Below, one piece after another: positions 13,639 through 31,573 of a stretch of DNA of 64,000 nucleotides. Where the stretch lies: NCBI RefSeq assembly GCF_009914755.1, contig NC_060935.1; one strand, 5' to 3'. Within the stretch, counting starts at the first letter, position 1, and each line of letters begins with the position of its first letter. The translations under genes were made by a program, and so were the position numbers. The notes under the pieces are model-generated. The model saw nothing but the letters and a program-made list of their open reading frames with translations, searched no databases and was not told where the DNA came from. Source of the DNA: the human T2T-CHM13v2.0 reference genome, Homo sapiens.

Positions 13639-16600
13639 TCTAGCCCAATAGCCCAGTTGCAGACAGGGAAACTGAGACTCCACAGGTTTAGCCAGGCCCA
13701 GAGCTGTGCCGTGCCCGGGTCACTGCCTGCTTCTGACCCAGCCCCATCCTCCCGCAGCCCAAGGGTAAAGGAAACCAAGGATGTGCAACCCCCAGCAGAG
13801 AGCAGGAGGGACCCCCCTGATGCAGGGCTGGCCTGATTATCTCGAGACCCAGGCCCAGGGAAGGCTGGTACTAGGGGCATTACTGGGGGAGGTGTGGGGT
13901 CTGCAGGAGTGATGTCACTCCCAGCTCAGAGGGGTGGTATTTGGGCTTCTGGAGGTGGGTGAGGTTGGCTGGTAGAGATGGCATTCAGGAGGGGGCATGG
14001 CATGAATAAATGCTGGAGGTAGGGCCATGCTGGCAAGCGATCGGCAGGCAGTGTCCCTCAGGTTGTCAGGACCATGAAGGGGTGCTAGGGCCCAGGGCTG
14101 GAAAAGTCTCAGGGAGCCCCAGGTGTTGTCACTGAAGAATCACGGCAAGGAGCTCTCAGGGCCAGGGGTCCAGTCCCTCTCAGGAGCCCTGGAATTACGG
14201 CCCTTCAGCTGCCAGAGAGGTCCTCAGCCACTGTCTGACTCTAGGTCCCTCTGCAGCTTCAGGCTCCAGAGGAGAGGCTGTGTATGGCTCCTTGCTGTCC
14301 ATTTTTTGGGCATAGGAAGTGGCTTTCGCAGGGAGCCTTCTAGCACTGACAAAGCCCCTCTCACTCTGTCCCTCAGTCAGGCCTCACCTGCACTCAGAGA
14401 GGCAGGGCATGGGGGGCTCTTCCAGATGTCATCAGCATCACCCAGCCAGCAGGGAGGAGCTAGAACTCGAGCCCAGGGCACCCACCCGCCGTATCTCACA
14501 GGGACCCGCTGGTGTCCACACCCCAGTTCTTGGCAGCCCCCTCTTCCTCTCCCTGGAGGGCAAGTGGCTACTGGTGGGTCCTGGGGTTCTCTGTGGCCAC
14601 TCACCCAGGCCTGGGCAGTCCCACCCTTAGGTGAGCAGGGAGCCTGTCCACCTGCCTGCAGGGTACTTCCAGGGCCAGTGTTTTGTCATTGTCCCTATGC
14701 TGAGGCTGGAACCCAAGGCCCACTCTCCTGTCAGGAGGAGGCGGAGGGCCCCGTCTCAGGGGAGGAGCTGGGTAAAATGGAAGTTTTCCCGCCGGGCCCC
14801 CTGCAGACCAGTGTCTCAGCATAGCTCAGGGGCATGAAGCATGTGGGTCAGCCACAGTGCAGGCAAGCCGGTCCTCATGCGAAGGAGTCGGTAGGTCAGC
14901 TGCATCAAGGAACAAAGGCAAAAACAGGATTCATAAGGGAGAGGGAGGAAAAAACTTCAGACACCATGGGCACAGTGAATCTTGTTTGTAAAATTAGGAG
15001 GGTGGTGAACTGATCCCTGGGTGGCCAGCAGAGGATAGCTTGGACATTACATCCTCCAGGAGGGTTTCAAAGAAAATAACTTCAGAGATTTATGGGTTCT
15101 CCAGAAAGGCCCCAAATCTGAACCATTTGCCTCATTTGAAGTTCTCACCATAACCTTTCTGACTTATTTTCTGGGCGAGAGGGAGGAGGCAGGGCCGTCC
15201 CCTGTGGAGGGACGGGGTGGGGGTCCAGGTAGGTGAATAAGCTGCCTTCTTGTCCAGGACCCCTGGCCGGGAAACCACGCTGTGGCACCTGGAAGGGCCT
15301 CAGCTCCAATAGTCCGCTGACCTTAGATTCTCAGTGTCTCTTGGACTGGGGATCCATGCTAAAGAACTGTGGGATTCAAAGAGGTTTCCTTGACTCGCTG
15401 AGTTCATGATTCTGTGACTTGGTGGATGAGGTAGGATTAGAGCAGGGCTTTGAAGAAGCAACTGGGCCATCGTCCCACCCGGAAACCAAACCTGTCCCTG
15501 ACCATGGCAACCCCCCGTCCCTTCATGGATTGGGTTACCCTGGGCACAACACGTGCGCTCAGGATTTCCTCCGATTACCATGGCCAGCTCACAGCCTTGG
15601 GCCGGCGGATGCTCTGCTCTTGACTGTCTTGGGCTCGCCTGCCTCCAGCTTCCCTGTCCCCAGGAGCCTGAGAGAGCATCCCAGGGCCACACATCAGCCC
15701 CAGCCACTCCAGAATGAGGAAAGGCCCTCAGAGAACACTTAGCAACCCCTCACTGCATGGTCCTAGAGAGCAAGGACTGTCCCCGCATTGTGTGGAAGGG
15801 CTGGTGGGGACCCAGGGCTCCCTAACGCTGAGCAGAGGCTGGAGCCCTGATCTGGGAGGTGGGAGGCTGGTGTCCAGTCTTGGCGTGTGCCCTTGGGGAC
15901 ATCCCTATCCCTGTCTGGTCTCAGCCTTTCCTAGGCACAACAGGGAGACTGCATGGAGTGGGCACCTTTGTGGCTGTAGGAAGACTTGTGAGTCCCAGGA
16001 TGTGTTCTTGGTCTCCATGGCCCGCTAAATGCTAACGAAGTCCCCAGAGCCGACAGGCCTGGGCACTTCCTGGAGGAGGTGAAATTGATTCCTGCTACAT
16101 CTCTGTGGCCTCAGAGAGGCCCCCTGAGCTCCGCCTGGGGACCCCTAGGGACCACACGTGCTGTATCCCTGGTTTGGGAATAGTCCTCCTCTCTCCCCAC
16201 CCAACCTGTGACTCCACAGGGCAGATTTTACTACTAGAGATTGGAACAAGAGGTCTGTGCTGGGCATTAATTCTCTGCCAACCTGAATCCTTAGAGAGAT
16301 TGGCCAGAGGGCTCAGGGAGCAGTGCTAAGACCTTGGAGGACCGATGGGCACAGAAGCCCAGAGAGGGCCAGGGCCTCATTGCCAGTGGTGGCCAGCCTC
16401 CTCTTCCGGAGACCCCAGCTGCTGGCTCTGTCAGTCCCATGAGTGTGTTCCTGGGGTTTGGGGAAGCCCAGGTGGAGAGGCCAGAGCTGGGGCTCTGGTG
16501 CCAGGGTGTCTCGTTCACCCTACCCCCCACACATCTGCTGTGTGACCTTGGCAAGTCTCCCACTTCTTGGAGGCTCGCCTCTCTCATCTGCAAAGCGGGG

Positions 16601-16967
16601 ATATGATCACACCTCCAGAGGCCTTCTGAGGAAGTAAAAGGGGTGATGGGGTGGGAGCTGCAAAGTCCTGAGCCCAACAGGGCTTGCTCTTGCCCTCTTA
16701 CTGGAGAGAATCTGCCTCACCGAGGAAAGAGGCCTCATTTCTCTTATTTGTTTTGTAGATAGATAAGTAGTTAGGTAGATACATACATACATAAAAAATT
16801 ATTCATTTTTTTCTGCACAGATGGTAGCATCCCTCCCACGCTGTTCTGTGGTTTTCCACTGGCCACATCCCGACCGCCTTTCCCGTCAGCATGGCTGGGG
16901 CTGCCTCAATGCTGCTGACAGGCCTGTCCCCTCGCTACCTTCCCTGCAGATTGCTGTGGCTGGCAGT

Positions 16968-17197
16968 GGCAAGGCTTCCTGTTGTGGCCTTGAGGCCCTG
17001 CCACAGGGGACAACAGCCTGGCCCTTCTGCCACCAGAGCAGGGTGAGGCACTCAGGGTTACTTCTCCCTCCTCCCACCCCACGTCTCAAACTTGAAAAGG
17101 TCAGGCAGGCCTAGACCATAATTGGCAGTGGATGTATTGATATCCGGGGCCTGGAGAGGCTGAAGAAAGATGTCCAGGGGAGGTGACAACCTGCCCT
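16968..17197 (+). repeat. Left arm of 230-bp inverted repeat
   Basis: Reverse complement of 19561-19790 at 229/230 positions (aligned by hand). Confidence 0.97.
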
Positions 17198-18402
17198 GTA
17201 CTTCCCCGCCCATTGATCTAGTTGCTCTTTCGGCCGCTCAGCAAACGTTGCTGAGCATCTCTTATGTGCCGTGCATGGTGCCAGGCCCTGGGGGACAGAG
17301 GCCTTGAACGGGGACTGTAGAGGAGTCAGCTGGGCATGCTGAAGGAGACCTGTGGGTATGATGATTGTACAGGAAGGTGCCTGGCTTCCTGGAGGAGGCA
17401 TCGTCTCCGCTTGAAACTGAAGGATGAGAAGGAATTATCTGGACGAAGGGGTAGGGGAAGCGTGTCCCTGGTCTGAGATGGCAGGGGATGGAGTGTGGTG
17501 CTTTTAACTGAAAGTTTCATATGAATGGAGCCTCTTGGTTGTGAGTTGAGGTTGACGAGGGTGGCAGGAGCCAGGGCTTGGGGCCTTGTGGACAGGGAGA
17601 GGATTTGGACTTTGTCCAGAAGCTGTGGGAAACAGCTGGAGGGTTTTCAGCAGGGATGATGTGGTTAGATTTTTTAAAAGCCTGCATGGCTCCGAGTGGA
17701 GGATAGATTGTTGGGGGGTTGAGTATGGAAGCCGGGAGTCCAGTGGGGAGGCACCTGCAGTGGGCTGTTGAGAAATGAGGGTGGCCTGGCCAGGGAGGCG
17801 GCATGCAGATGGAGAGTGGGAGTGGTGTGAGGGAGGGGTGTCCAGGGGCTCCCCAGTTTCCTGCCCTGGGTGAGGGATGTGATGGTGCTGTTGGTCGAGT
17901 TGGGAAGGCTGGAGAGAGCAGGGTTGGAGGGAAGGGGGAGCTCTGGTCTGGATGTGCTGGTGGCATTGAGTAGGGACATCAGGAGGCTCAGGGCTGAAGG
18001 GTTCATGTGCAGGAGGACCCTCTGGGCTGTGGGCAGAGTGGAGAAGGCCGTGGGTGCCATGGGTGGGAGAAAGCCTGGCCCCAGCCCTGGGCCAGCTTCT
18101 CACAGCGTCTCAGCATCCCCCATGTCCCTCTCTGGACTTCCCGTGCCTTGCACGTGGCCACAGAGCCTGCTCCCAGGGCCTCCCTCCATCGGGCTCTGAC
18201 TGCCTTCTGGAAGCTGGTCCATTAGGTCTGAAACGGCCTCTGCCTCCAGCCTGGGTGACCACCATTCATCCTCCACAGCTGCCGGGGTGACCTTTCACCA
18301 GCAGACCTCCTAAATGTCACGCCCTTTCACGCCTCTGTGCTTGCTACCAGCGGCTGGGCCCCCTGGCTATCCCTCCCCTACACCCCTATCTCATGAAATC
18401 TA

Positions 18403-18714
<312 letters not shown>

Positions 18715-19095
18715 TTATGTATCAGGCGCCTGGCAAAGGTTATGTCTTTGCCCTTTAGTCTTTACAACAGCCAAGGGAGGTGGGTGTTAACCTCCCCTTT
18801 TACAAATTAGCAAACTGAGGTTTGCCAAAGGGATGTTCTTTGGGGCTGGTTCCTAGTCTGATGCAGGTTTCCACCAGAATCTAGCCGGTTCCCATGGCTG
18901 GGCAGGGCTGAACTATAGGGGATGATGGCTGAGGGGTCTGAGAGCAGGGCCTGGTGGGCTGGGGGTCCACAGGTCCTGATCTGAGAATTCAGCAGCCCTG
19001 GGCCATGTGGGTGTCATTCGTGGAAAATGCTCTTGTAGCCCCTGTTCCCCACTGACCAGCTTCCTTTTCTTCTGCTCTGCACTTTGCAACCTCAG

Positions 19096-19113
19096 ACCAA
19101 CTGCGGAGGGCGG
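19096..19113 (+). CDS. MYO7A: Candidate 18-nt microexon (TNCGGR) between exons 4 and 5
   Basis: Branch point ACTGAC at 19051, long pyrimidine tract, TGC at -11, ctcag|ACCAACTGCGGAGGGCGG|gtgagt; phase 0/0, no stop. Confidence 0.8.
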
Positions 19114-19560
19114 GTGAGTGTGGCACAGAGAGCCAGCTCCAGCTGGCATCTTATTTGGCTGCCTGCCTGCTTGGCCTGGCTGCTCCCCTCCAGCCTCCCG
19201 CCCCCACCCCACCCCAGCTCTTCCTGCTTGGCTCTCGTGGTACGGTTAGTAGGTCAGCACAGTGAGGCTCAAGTGCTTCTCTCCATGGGTTGATTGGAGG
19301 AAGAGGCTTAGGTGGGAAAGGAAGGTCTTCCTGGGCCCAGGGGCCCAGAGAAGGGCAGTTTCTGGCCAGCCCTCCTGGTCCAGGCCAGCCAAGGCCAGGA
19401 CTGGAGCCTGGGTCTTGGCCCCACCTGGCCCCAGGGTGGGCATTTCCCCTGGCATGCGGTGCCTGCATCCACACTCTCCCTGCGTGGCCACAGTAGGCTG
19501 AGGCTGCTGGGGCATAGCTGCGGCTCTGCTGTGATGCACTGAGCCCTGAATGGGAGGGGG

Positions 19561-19790
19561 AGGGCAGGTTGTCACCTCCCCTGGACATCTTTCTTCAGCC
19601 TCTCCAGGCCCCGGATATCAATACATCCACTGCCAATTATGGTCTAGGCCTGCCTGACCTTTTCAAGTTTGAGACGTGGGGTGGGAGGAGGGAGAAGTAA
19701 CCCTGAGTGCCTCACCCTGCTCTGGTGGCAGAAGGGCCAGGCTGTTGTCCCCTGTGGCAGGACCTCAAGGCCACAACAGGAAGCCTTGCC
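19561..19790 (-). repeat. Right arm of 230-bp inverted repeat
   Basis: Single mismatch: A19762 opposite C16996. Confidence 0.97.
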
Positions 19791-20429
19791 TACAGACAGC
19801 TGATCTTTGCACTAACAGAGGAGCCCAAGTAGAGAACCTCCTTAAGGCTATCTGAGGTGCACCTGGCCCCTGCGCCTACGCTGCCCAGGATGGCTGGAGG
19901 TGCTCTGTCCCCTAGAGCACAGCATCTCCCTCTGTCCTGGGGCAGTGCTACAGAGAGTGGGGCCCACCCAGCCCCCAAGCCACTTACCCCAGCTCCTTCA
20001 GCTCTTTATGGCTAATTTCTCACGCCCCTCTTCCTCACCAACCTGGCCTCCCTCTGGACATGGTCCCGTTGATTAATTTCGCTCTAAAAGTTTGGGATAC
20101 AGGGCCTGGAGGCGATGGTGGGAGACAGCATTTGCAGAGTACCTAGTGTGTGCCACGAATTTTAAAAGATACCACCTCCTTTAATCTTCACAAACAGTTA
20201 CGCTCATTTTACAGATGAAGAGAAGGAAATCTAGGCTTAGAGACTCCACCTCCCTCTTCATCAAATGTCACTGAGCACTAACTCCGAGCCAGACCCAGTG
20301 CTGGACAGAAGGCCCTGCCCCAGCTCCTAAGGAGGCCCGATTCTGGCTCCAGGTCCACCCACATGACTCCAAAGCCAGGACTCTTCCCTCCAGGGTGCTG
20401 GAGCAGGGCAGAGCCCAAGAGCTTTCTAG

Positions 20430-20735
<306 letters not shown>

Positions 20736-21174
20736 TGATACCTCTAGGAATTGCCCCCGCTGTCGGAAATGCCATCAAGCTCTTCAGGAACCAGACCTAT
20801 GTACTCTGTGCTGTGTAACAATGTAGAAAATCACCTCCCCTTTCTGGGGTCTTATATCTCTGTGCTACCAAAGCTCACATTAGCTTTTGAGGCCAGCCTT
20901 GTTTACTGCTGGTTCCTGTTAAGTTATGGTCAGTTGACATCTCAGGCTCCTATTTTCTTTTGGGCAGAGGGCAAAAGACAAAGCATTGACTGAGCATCTA
21001 ATATGTGTTGTGCTCTATGACAAGTATGGATGCAGGTGTATTTGTATCTGAACGAAGGTGAAGGAGAGTGCGGTGGAGCACTGGGCCCTTGAGCCCTGCC
21101 CCAGCCCTGGAGGGTCCGTATTGTCAGCTGATATTACAGATGGGGGAGCTGGTGGATGGTGCAGCCTGGGCTGA

Positions 21175-21728
<554 letters not shown>

Positions 21729-21801
21729 TGAAACCCACCGATGGGCTTCTCCACAAGCCATTTGTTAAAATAGTAAACCATCATCCCAGGCTAGTTCCTG
21801 A

Positions 21802-21993
<192 letters not shown>

Positions 21994-22595
21994 TAGGGGG
22001 GCACCCACCCTAGGATTGTAGGGAGCTGGCTACTGCAGACTCAGCCTTGAGGTCTCACTGGTCACAGGGCTCAGGTGCCAGCTTCTTGCTGGCTTGTCTG
22101 GACACCAAGGAGAAGTGGGCTCCTGGCCATTGCTGCCACCAAGCAAAGGGTGGGGGACCTTGGGGCACGCACACGGCAGGCTGGCTTGGGAAGCACCACT
22201 CCTTTAGCCATGGGGAGAGCCCATGTCTGGTTGCCTGGGCTGGGCTGGGGTGGGCCAGGCCACATGGACGTAAGTGTGGGCTATGGCACCTGAAGCGTAT
22301 ATGTGTGTGTGCATGTGTGTGTTGTAGGTGTGACAGGTGTCCCTGGACACTTTCTGTAGCTGGCTGGCACACACGTGCACACACACACACTCTTGTAGAC
22401 ACACAGAGAATGGGGTGTGCCCACTGTTGAAACCCTGCTCGTATGCAGTTACCTCTCCTCTGTCTACACCAGGCAGTACCTGCCTAGGGGGTCGAGTCCC
22501 TGATAGTGGGTATCCCCGGGGGGCTGCAGGAGCCTAGTAGGGCCTAAGTGCTGTGACTGCCAGGTGGGCAACAGGGGCTGGCCTGGCATCAGTGA

Positions 22596-23102
<507 letters not shown>

Positions 23103-23704
23103 TAGCACGTGCCCTCTTTGGGATGGAAGCTGGGAAGAATTCGCCTGTGGGTAGATTTGAACAGGTCTGCTAGATTGAAATCAGCGGTGGGTGTGGTGTC
23201 GCTGTGCTGACAGTCCACCACGGAGAGGTACAGTTAAAGTATATTGGGAGTTGTCTATGGACACTTTAAGACTCACTTCAAATTTGGTTTCTTCTTTAAA
23301 GTCAGATGTCTTAGAGAGAGGGTAAATCTTTGAACTAATTCACTCTAAGGTGTGAGTGACTGGATAGCCATCTTTGGAAAGGGAGAAGGCTAGGGAAGGG
23401 AACGTGTTCACTCATCTAACATTCTTGGACACCCACTATGTGCCAGGCTGGGAGGTGATCCCCTGAGGCAGGTGGCAGGTCCCACTCTGCTCTTGCCCCT
23501 GATTCCCAGCATGGTCCCCAGGCAGAGTAGGAGCCCCAGGAAATGTGCCCAAGGAATGAATGATCCCAGCACTAAGGAGATCACAGTCTAGGCATCTTGA
23601 AAGACTAAGAGACACAGGGAAGGGTAAGCTGACAGAAGGAAGAGCTTGTGCAAAGGTCCTGAGAACAGAGCACATGTCGGGGAGGGGATCCAAAGCTTGT
23701 CTAA

Positions 23705-24127
<423 letters not shown>

Positions 24128-24469
24128 TGACTTCTGTCCCTCTGAAGGGTTGAGTTTAAGCTCACTGGGGGCTGGGATGTAGGAACCACATTGCTGGGAC
24201 CCTCTGGTTTGGAGAGTTCTGTTCAATATGGAGAAGCAACCATGTGCAGGTCCTGTGCTAGGCACAGGTCCTGAAGGAGCTTCTGTGGGTATGGCAGGGC
24301 AGGTGGGGGCCCTGTGATGCTCTGGGCTATGTGACCCTGGGTGAGTCATCCCTGCCCTCTGGGCCTCAGTCTCCACATCTGGGCAAAGGGCACTGGTGTC
24401 CCTGGGTCAAATGCATTGAGTCTGTCTGTCTTTTAGCAAACACTTATTAGGGTTGGAAAACTGAGATGA

Positions 24470-25003
<534 letters not shown>

Positions 25004-25366
25004 TGAGTCCCAGGTGCCCATGCTCCTCTGGGGCCTTCCCAGCTCTGGCCGCCCCAGGCCCTTGGCTTTTGGCCTGCTTTGGTCAGCCATGTTGTTCCCA
25101 GCCCAGGGATACTCTCTTTGGTCTCTTTGCAGAAGACACAGAAGAGGGGATCTAGGTCAGGTCCTGTTTCTACAACCACACGTTTGCCATTCATCGAGCC
25201 TTCACCCACCACACCAGGCCCTGGGCTGGGTTCGGGGACCTCAGAGATAAACAGGGTTGGACATAGAGATGAGAGCCCCAAGGAGGGCTCCTTCCCCTGC
25301 TGCATGGTCAGGGAAGGCTTCTCCAAGAGGAGCTGTTATCTCAACAGAGCCTTGAAAAATGTGTAG

Positions 25367-25741
<375 letters not shown>

Positions 25742-26643
25742 TAAGAAATATCACGTCTCTCCCTTGCGAAGCACATTTAGTTGGCTCCTGGCACACTCTG
25801 CCAGGCTGTTCCGTCATCACGGTGGACCCTCTCCCTTTCCTTCCCATCCCCTCGTGTCCCTCACCTCCTCAAGGTCAGCTGAGCCTGGCTGGGGTTGTCA
25901 GGAGGCTGTACGCATCCTGAACACTTGGGGAGGAAACCTCTGGTGTCCAGGACCCACTGGCCACTGCCGATCTGCCCAGATCCATGCTGCAAGGCGCCTC
26001 AAAGCAGGGAGGCCAGGCCTGTGCCACGCTTGTGTTGGGGTCTCCGCCACCCTTGGGATTCTGTGCCTTTTAGGGGCCGTGTGAGGGACTGATGGGTGGT
26101 GTCACATACAGGCGGGTCCTGGAGCCCCACTTCCTGCTGGAAAGTCAGGACCTGGCAAGTCATATCAGTTCCCTTGCTGTTTGGATGTCTCAAAGCCCTC
26201 CAGCACCAAAACACCCACACTCAACATACTGGGCTGTGTCCGTGGCTCGGCCATGTCTGCAGCCAGGGCTCTGTTTCCCAAGTCTTGTCAACCCCCTTCC
26301 CACCTCCCAAGGCCACTTTTGATGTCCCTGTATGGCCCACCAGCCAGCCTCTGGGGTCTTTCTCTCCCAGGCATCTGCCTGGGGTTTGGGTGCCCACCTG
26401 CCAATCCCCAGCCCTCCCCAGGGCTTGATCATGCCAGGGAAAGAGTCCTGAAAAGCCTTAGCTCTCCTTCTGGCTCACAGAGTGACCCTAGGCAAGTCCT
26501 TTGCCCTTGCTGGGCCTCCGTGTCCTCCTCTGCACCTGGAGGGAGGTGGACTTGACAATTCCCCTCGCCTCTGAGTTTGGAGTCCATGATGGGGATAGCT
26601 TGCTAATGGCCATGCTGCAGGTGGAGGCAGAGCCAGGCCCTGA

Positions 26644-27102
<459 letters not shown>

Positions 27103-27339
27103 TGAAGATCCATGCATGCAGTTGGCATGGAATGGGTACTCAGGACACAGCGTATATCTCAGAGTTGGGGAGGGGGAGAGGGGATTGCACCCATGATTTT
27201 AATCTTGGGAAATCGATTGTCTAAACTGGAATGCACTTTCAAAGTTGTGTAGTTCCAATTCATCCACTTAACAGATGGGGAAATGGGGTTCCAGAGAGCG
27301 CCTATGTGAGGTAGAAATAAAAGGAGGGGAAGCTCCTGA

Positions 27340-28505
<1,166 letters not shown>

Positions 28506-28942
28506 TGGATGGGCTCAATGCTTGTGTGCACATTTAGGGAAACTGAGGCTCAGAACAAGGTGGGGGGGGCTTGACTGTCCTTACCTGATACAACATAGCC
28601 CATTAGGCTCAAAGTCAGGCCTCGAACCAGCCCAGTTACCCCCTAAGACTCTCAGCAACAAGACCAAGCATGAGCTTTGAAGACCGTGCATCTTCTTTTC
28701 CCCTGGGGACAGGCAATTGGGTTCACGTTAAAGCTGGAAGTTAAGAAGAGTGGTCAGAACACAGGCTTATCTCACCTGGAATTCTTAAGGGTTTGTCAAA
28801 AGACTGCAGACTGCCCTTGCCAATCCCTCCCCACCCACCCTGGTGTAAAGGGCCAACCACAAATTGGCATTAGTTATGGGCTGTGTCTACCCTGAGCCCT
28901 GCCATACAGCCTCAAGGGGTCCCATGCATAGTCAAAGGCCAA

Positions 28943-29006
28943 TTAACCCATAAATATCTATACCTACTATGTACCACAAAAAATTAAAAATTAATTTTTT
29001 TTTAAA
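28943..29006 (+). mobile_element. Extremely 5'-truncated L1 3' end
   Basis: cccataaatatctatacctactatgtaccacaaaaaattaaaaat, flanked by direct repeat AAAGGCCAA (28934-28942 / 29007-29015). Confidence 0.55.
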
Positions 29007-30554
29007 AAAGGCCAAAGATATCCAAACATGCTATAACCCATCCGTTTCTTACTCCGTTGCTGAACTGGTCCAGAAGTCAGCAGTGTATCAGTGAGCCAGG
29101 CTGCAGTGGTAGAATCTGATGGCGGCTCAGATTCCCTTACAATATTGGACTGTGAGATCCAACCTTATTGTTGGAAGAAGGAAGCAGACATTAAGTTTGA
29201 AGGACTGTCACGCAAACAAATTGGTCTTTCATTTGGAGTAATAGAGGATTGTATTTCTCAGTTCAGTTCAACCAATATGCTCTTAGCATCTATTATGTAC
29301 CAGGCTTCATGACGTTGCTGAGGATACAGAAGTGAAAATTGAATAATCTCTATGCTGAGTTGTAAAACTATAGAACGCTAGGTCTGGAGGGAACATAAGG
29401 GTCATCTACCTTAATAGAATTGGTAACTGAAGCCCAGAAAGGGAAATGGCTTGCCTAAGGTTGTTAAACAAGACTAAATGACTGGAAAGAATTCTACCAG
29501 CATTTTCTAGTTCACAAAGAACCTTTTCAATACAGCGTCTTATTTATGATGTGGATTTATGAAGTGGGTGGTATTAGGTGTTCTGAAGAGAAGCAAGCTT
29601 GTAGGCACTATCCTTCCCATCCAACAGTTAAGGAAACTGGAGTCCCAGAATGGGGGTCTTTCTAGGATAACATAGTGAGTCTGTCAGAGCTTTAGTGAGA
29701 ACCCAATTACATCCCAACTGCAAAGCCCACCCTCCATTCCTGTGTGTCCCCTGCAACTCGCCCCTCCCCAGGTGCCAGGCGGGCAGCCTAGCACTGGATC
29801 TCTGTGCTGTCTGCCATTCATGGGCAGCCTATGTCCTGCTCTGTGCAGTGGCACTCCCCCTCTGGCATCTGCAGTCCTTGGACACCCCGTCTCTTGCCCC
29901 ACTCTACCACCCCCTCCCCATTAACCAGTTTCCAACTCCTCGGTCCCTGTGAGTGGCAGCCTCCTCTGGGGTCTGTGTGGTGCAGGGGAATCTCCCTAGG
30001 CTCCTGGGGATCCTGGGTTCTGGGTGCAGAGAATCTCCTTTGCACCAGCGTCCTGGGTTCAAGTCTTAACTCTGCCCATGGCTTACTGTGTGACATTAGA
30101 CAACTCACTTAGCTTCTCTGAACATCAGTTTTCTCCCTTTGGGGGCAGAGGAGGTAATCCCTACCTGTCCCACATAGAAGGAGCTGTGAGGGGTCTTCAT
30201 AAAACATAACACACTGTCCAACCACAAGGTGGTTTTAATGAATTCCTTTAATATTAGCTTGTACCAGATCAACATGCATTCTCTCCCAGGTGACACACTT
30301 ACTTAACAAGGCCTTTTGATATCTTAGTTCAAAAGACTCATGGTAGCTTTGGGGTGGTTGGTCAGGAAGGAGGCCTGCTTTCTCCTGGAGACTGAGACCC
30401 CCCTGCCCTTCTTGAACAGGCCTGGAAGAGGGGAGCTGTGTCACTGGGGAGATGGCCCCTCACTTTCTCTATGATCTTGGGCAAGTCTCTGTCCCCTCCA
30501 GGCCTCAGGGTCCCCCGTCATGAAATGGATGTGGTGGAACTAGGTGGATTTTGA

Positions 30555-30848
<294 letters not shown>

Positions 30849-31519
30849 TAATGGGTATGGAGCTTTGCTGTGGCTCCAGGAGGGGCCTGGAGGGGCCTCA
30901 AAGGTGTTCCCATCTGGTCCTCTTATTGTACTAACTGGGGATATGGCTGGGGTGCAAGGCCCAGAGAAGGGTCACCTGAGAGGTCACAGAGCAGAACCGG
31001 TCAGGGATCGGTTTACTGTGGGGGTCCACCCCCTGGAATCCAGCTGCTAAAGAGAGCATGGGCAGAAAGAGCACATCCAGCTTGAAGGATGTGGGGTGGG
31101 TGTGGATACTCAGAGAAGCTGGCACAGAGGGCATGTCTGTGCCAGCCCCAGACCCCATCAGACAGTGGGAGAACAGCCCCCTCCGCCTTTCCTTAGGCCC
31201 TAGGGTGAGGGTCTAGTGGATTTTTTCCTGCTGGGTTGCATGCCTTTTTATTTCATATTTTCCTCCTGTCCCATGGCTTCCTGGAGGGTGCATGAAGTCC
31301 TCACGCAGAAGACAGTCCTTGCCCCTTCCATGCCTGTCCAGGTGCCTGGCTGTCCCCTGCCCTCAGGACCACCAAGGCATCACAGAGCTTCCAGGACCCC
31401 AGACCTCTCCCTGAGGGTCCCCCTCTCTCCATGGTGGATTTTGAGTGGTTTTGTGACCCACCACATTCTCCTTGCCCCTCCTCTCCCCATCTCACCCTGC
31501 ACCGTGGTTCCTGTTGTAG

Positions 31520-31573
31520 TTTCTCTGTGGTTATTCATCGGGTACTCTGCGCCACTCAGCAGCTGCTGCGAAG
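31520..31573 (+). CDS. MYO7A: Candidate 54-nt cassette exon in motor loop 2 (FLCGYSSGTLRHSAAAAK)
   Basis: Pyrimidine tract with CTCAC branch point, gttgtag|TTT...GCG AAG|gtaaaa; phase 0/0 between exon 15 (ends ATG) and exon 16 (starts GGC); no stop. Confidence 0.68.

Noticed and set aside
17236-17256. Perfect 9-bp hairpin GCTCAGCAA-ACG-TTGCTGAGC next to the inverted-repeat arm
   Set aside because: Lies in an L2-tail-like motif (cagcaaac..ctgagca..tatgtgcc) that is naturally semi-palindromic; no evidence of function.
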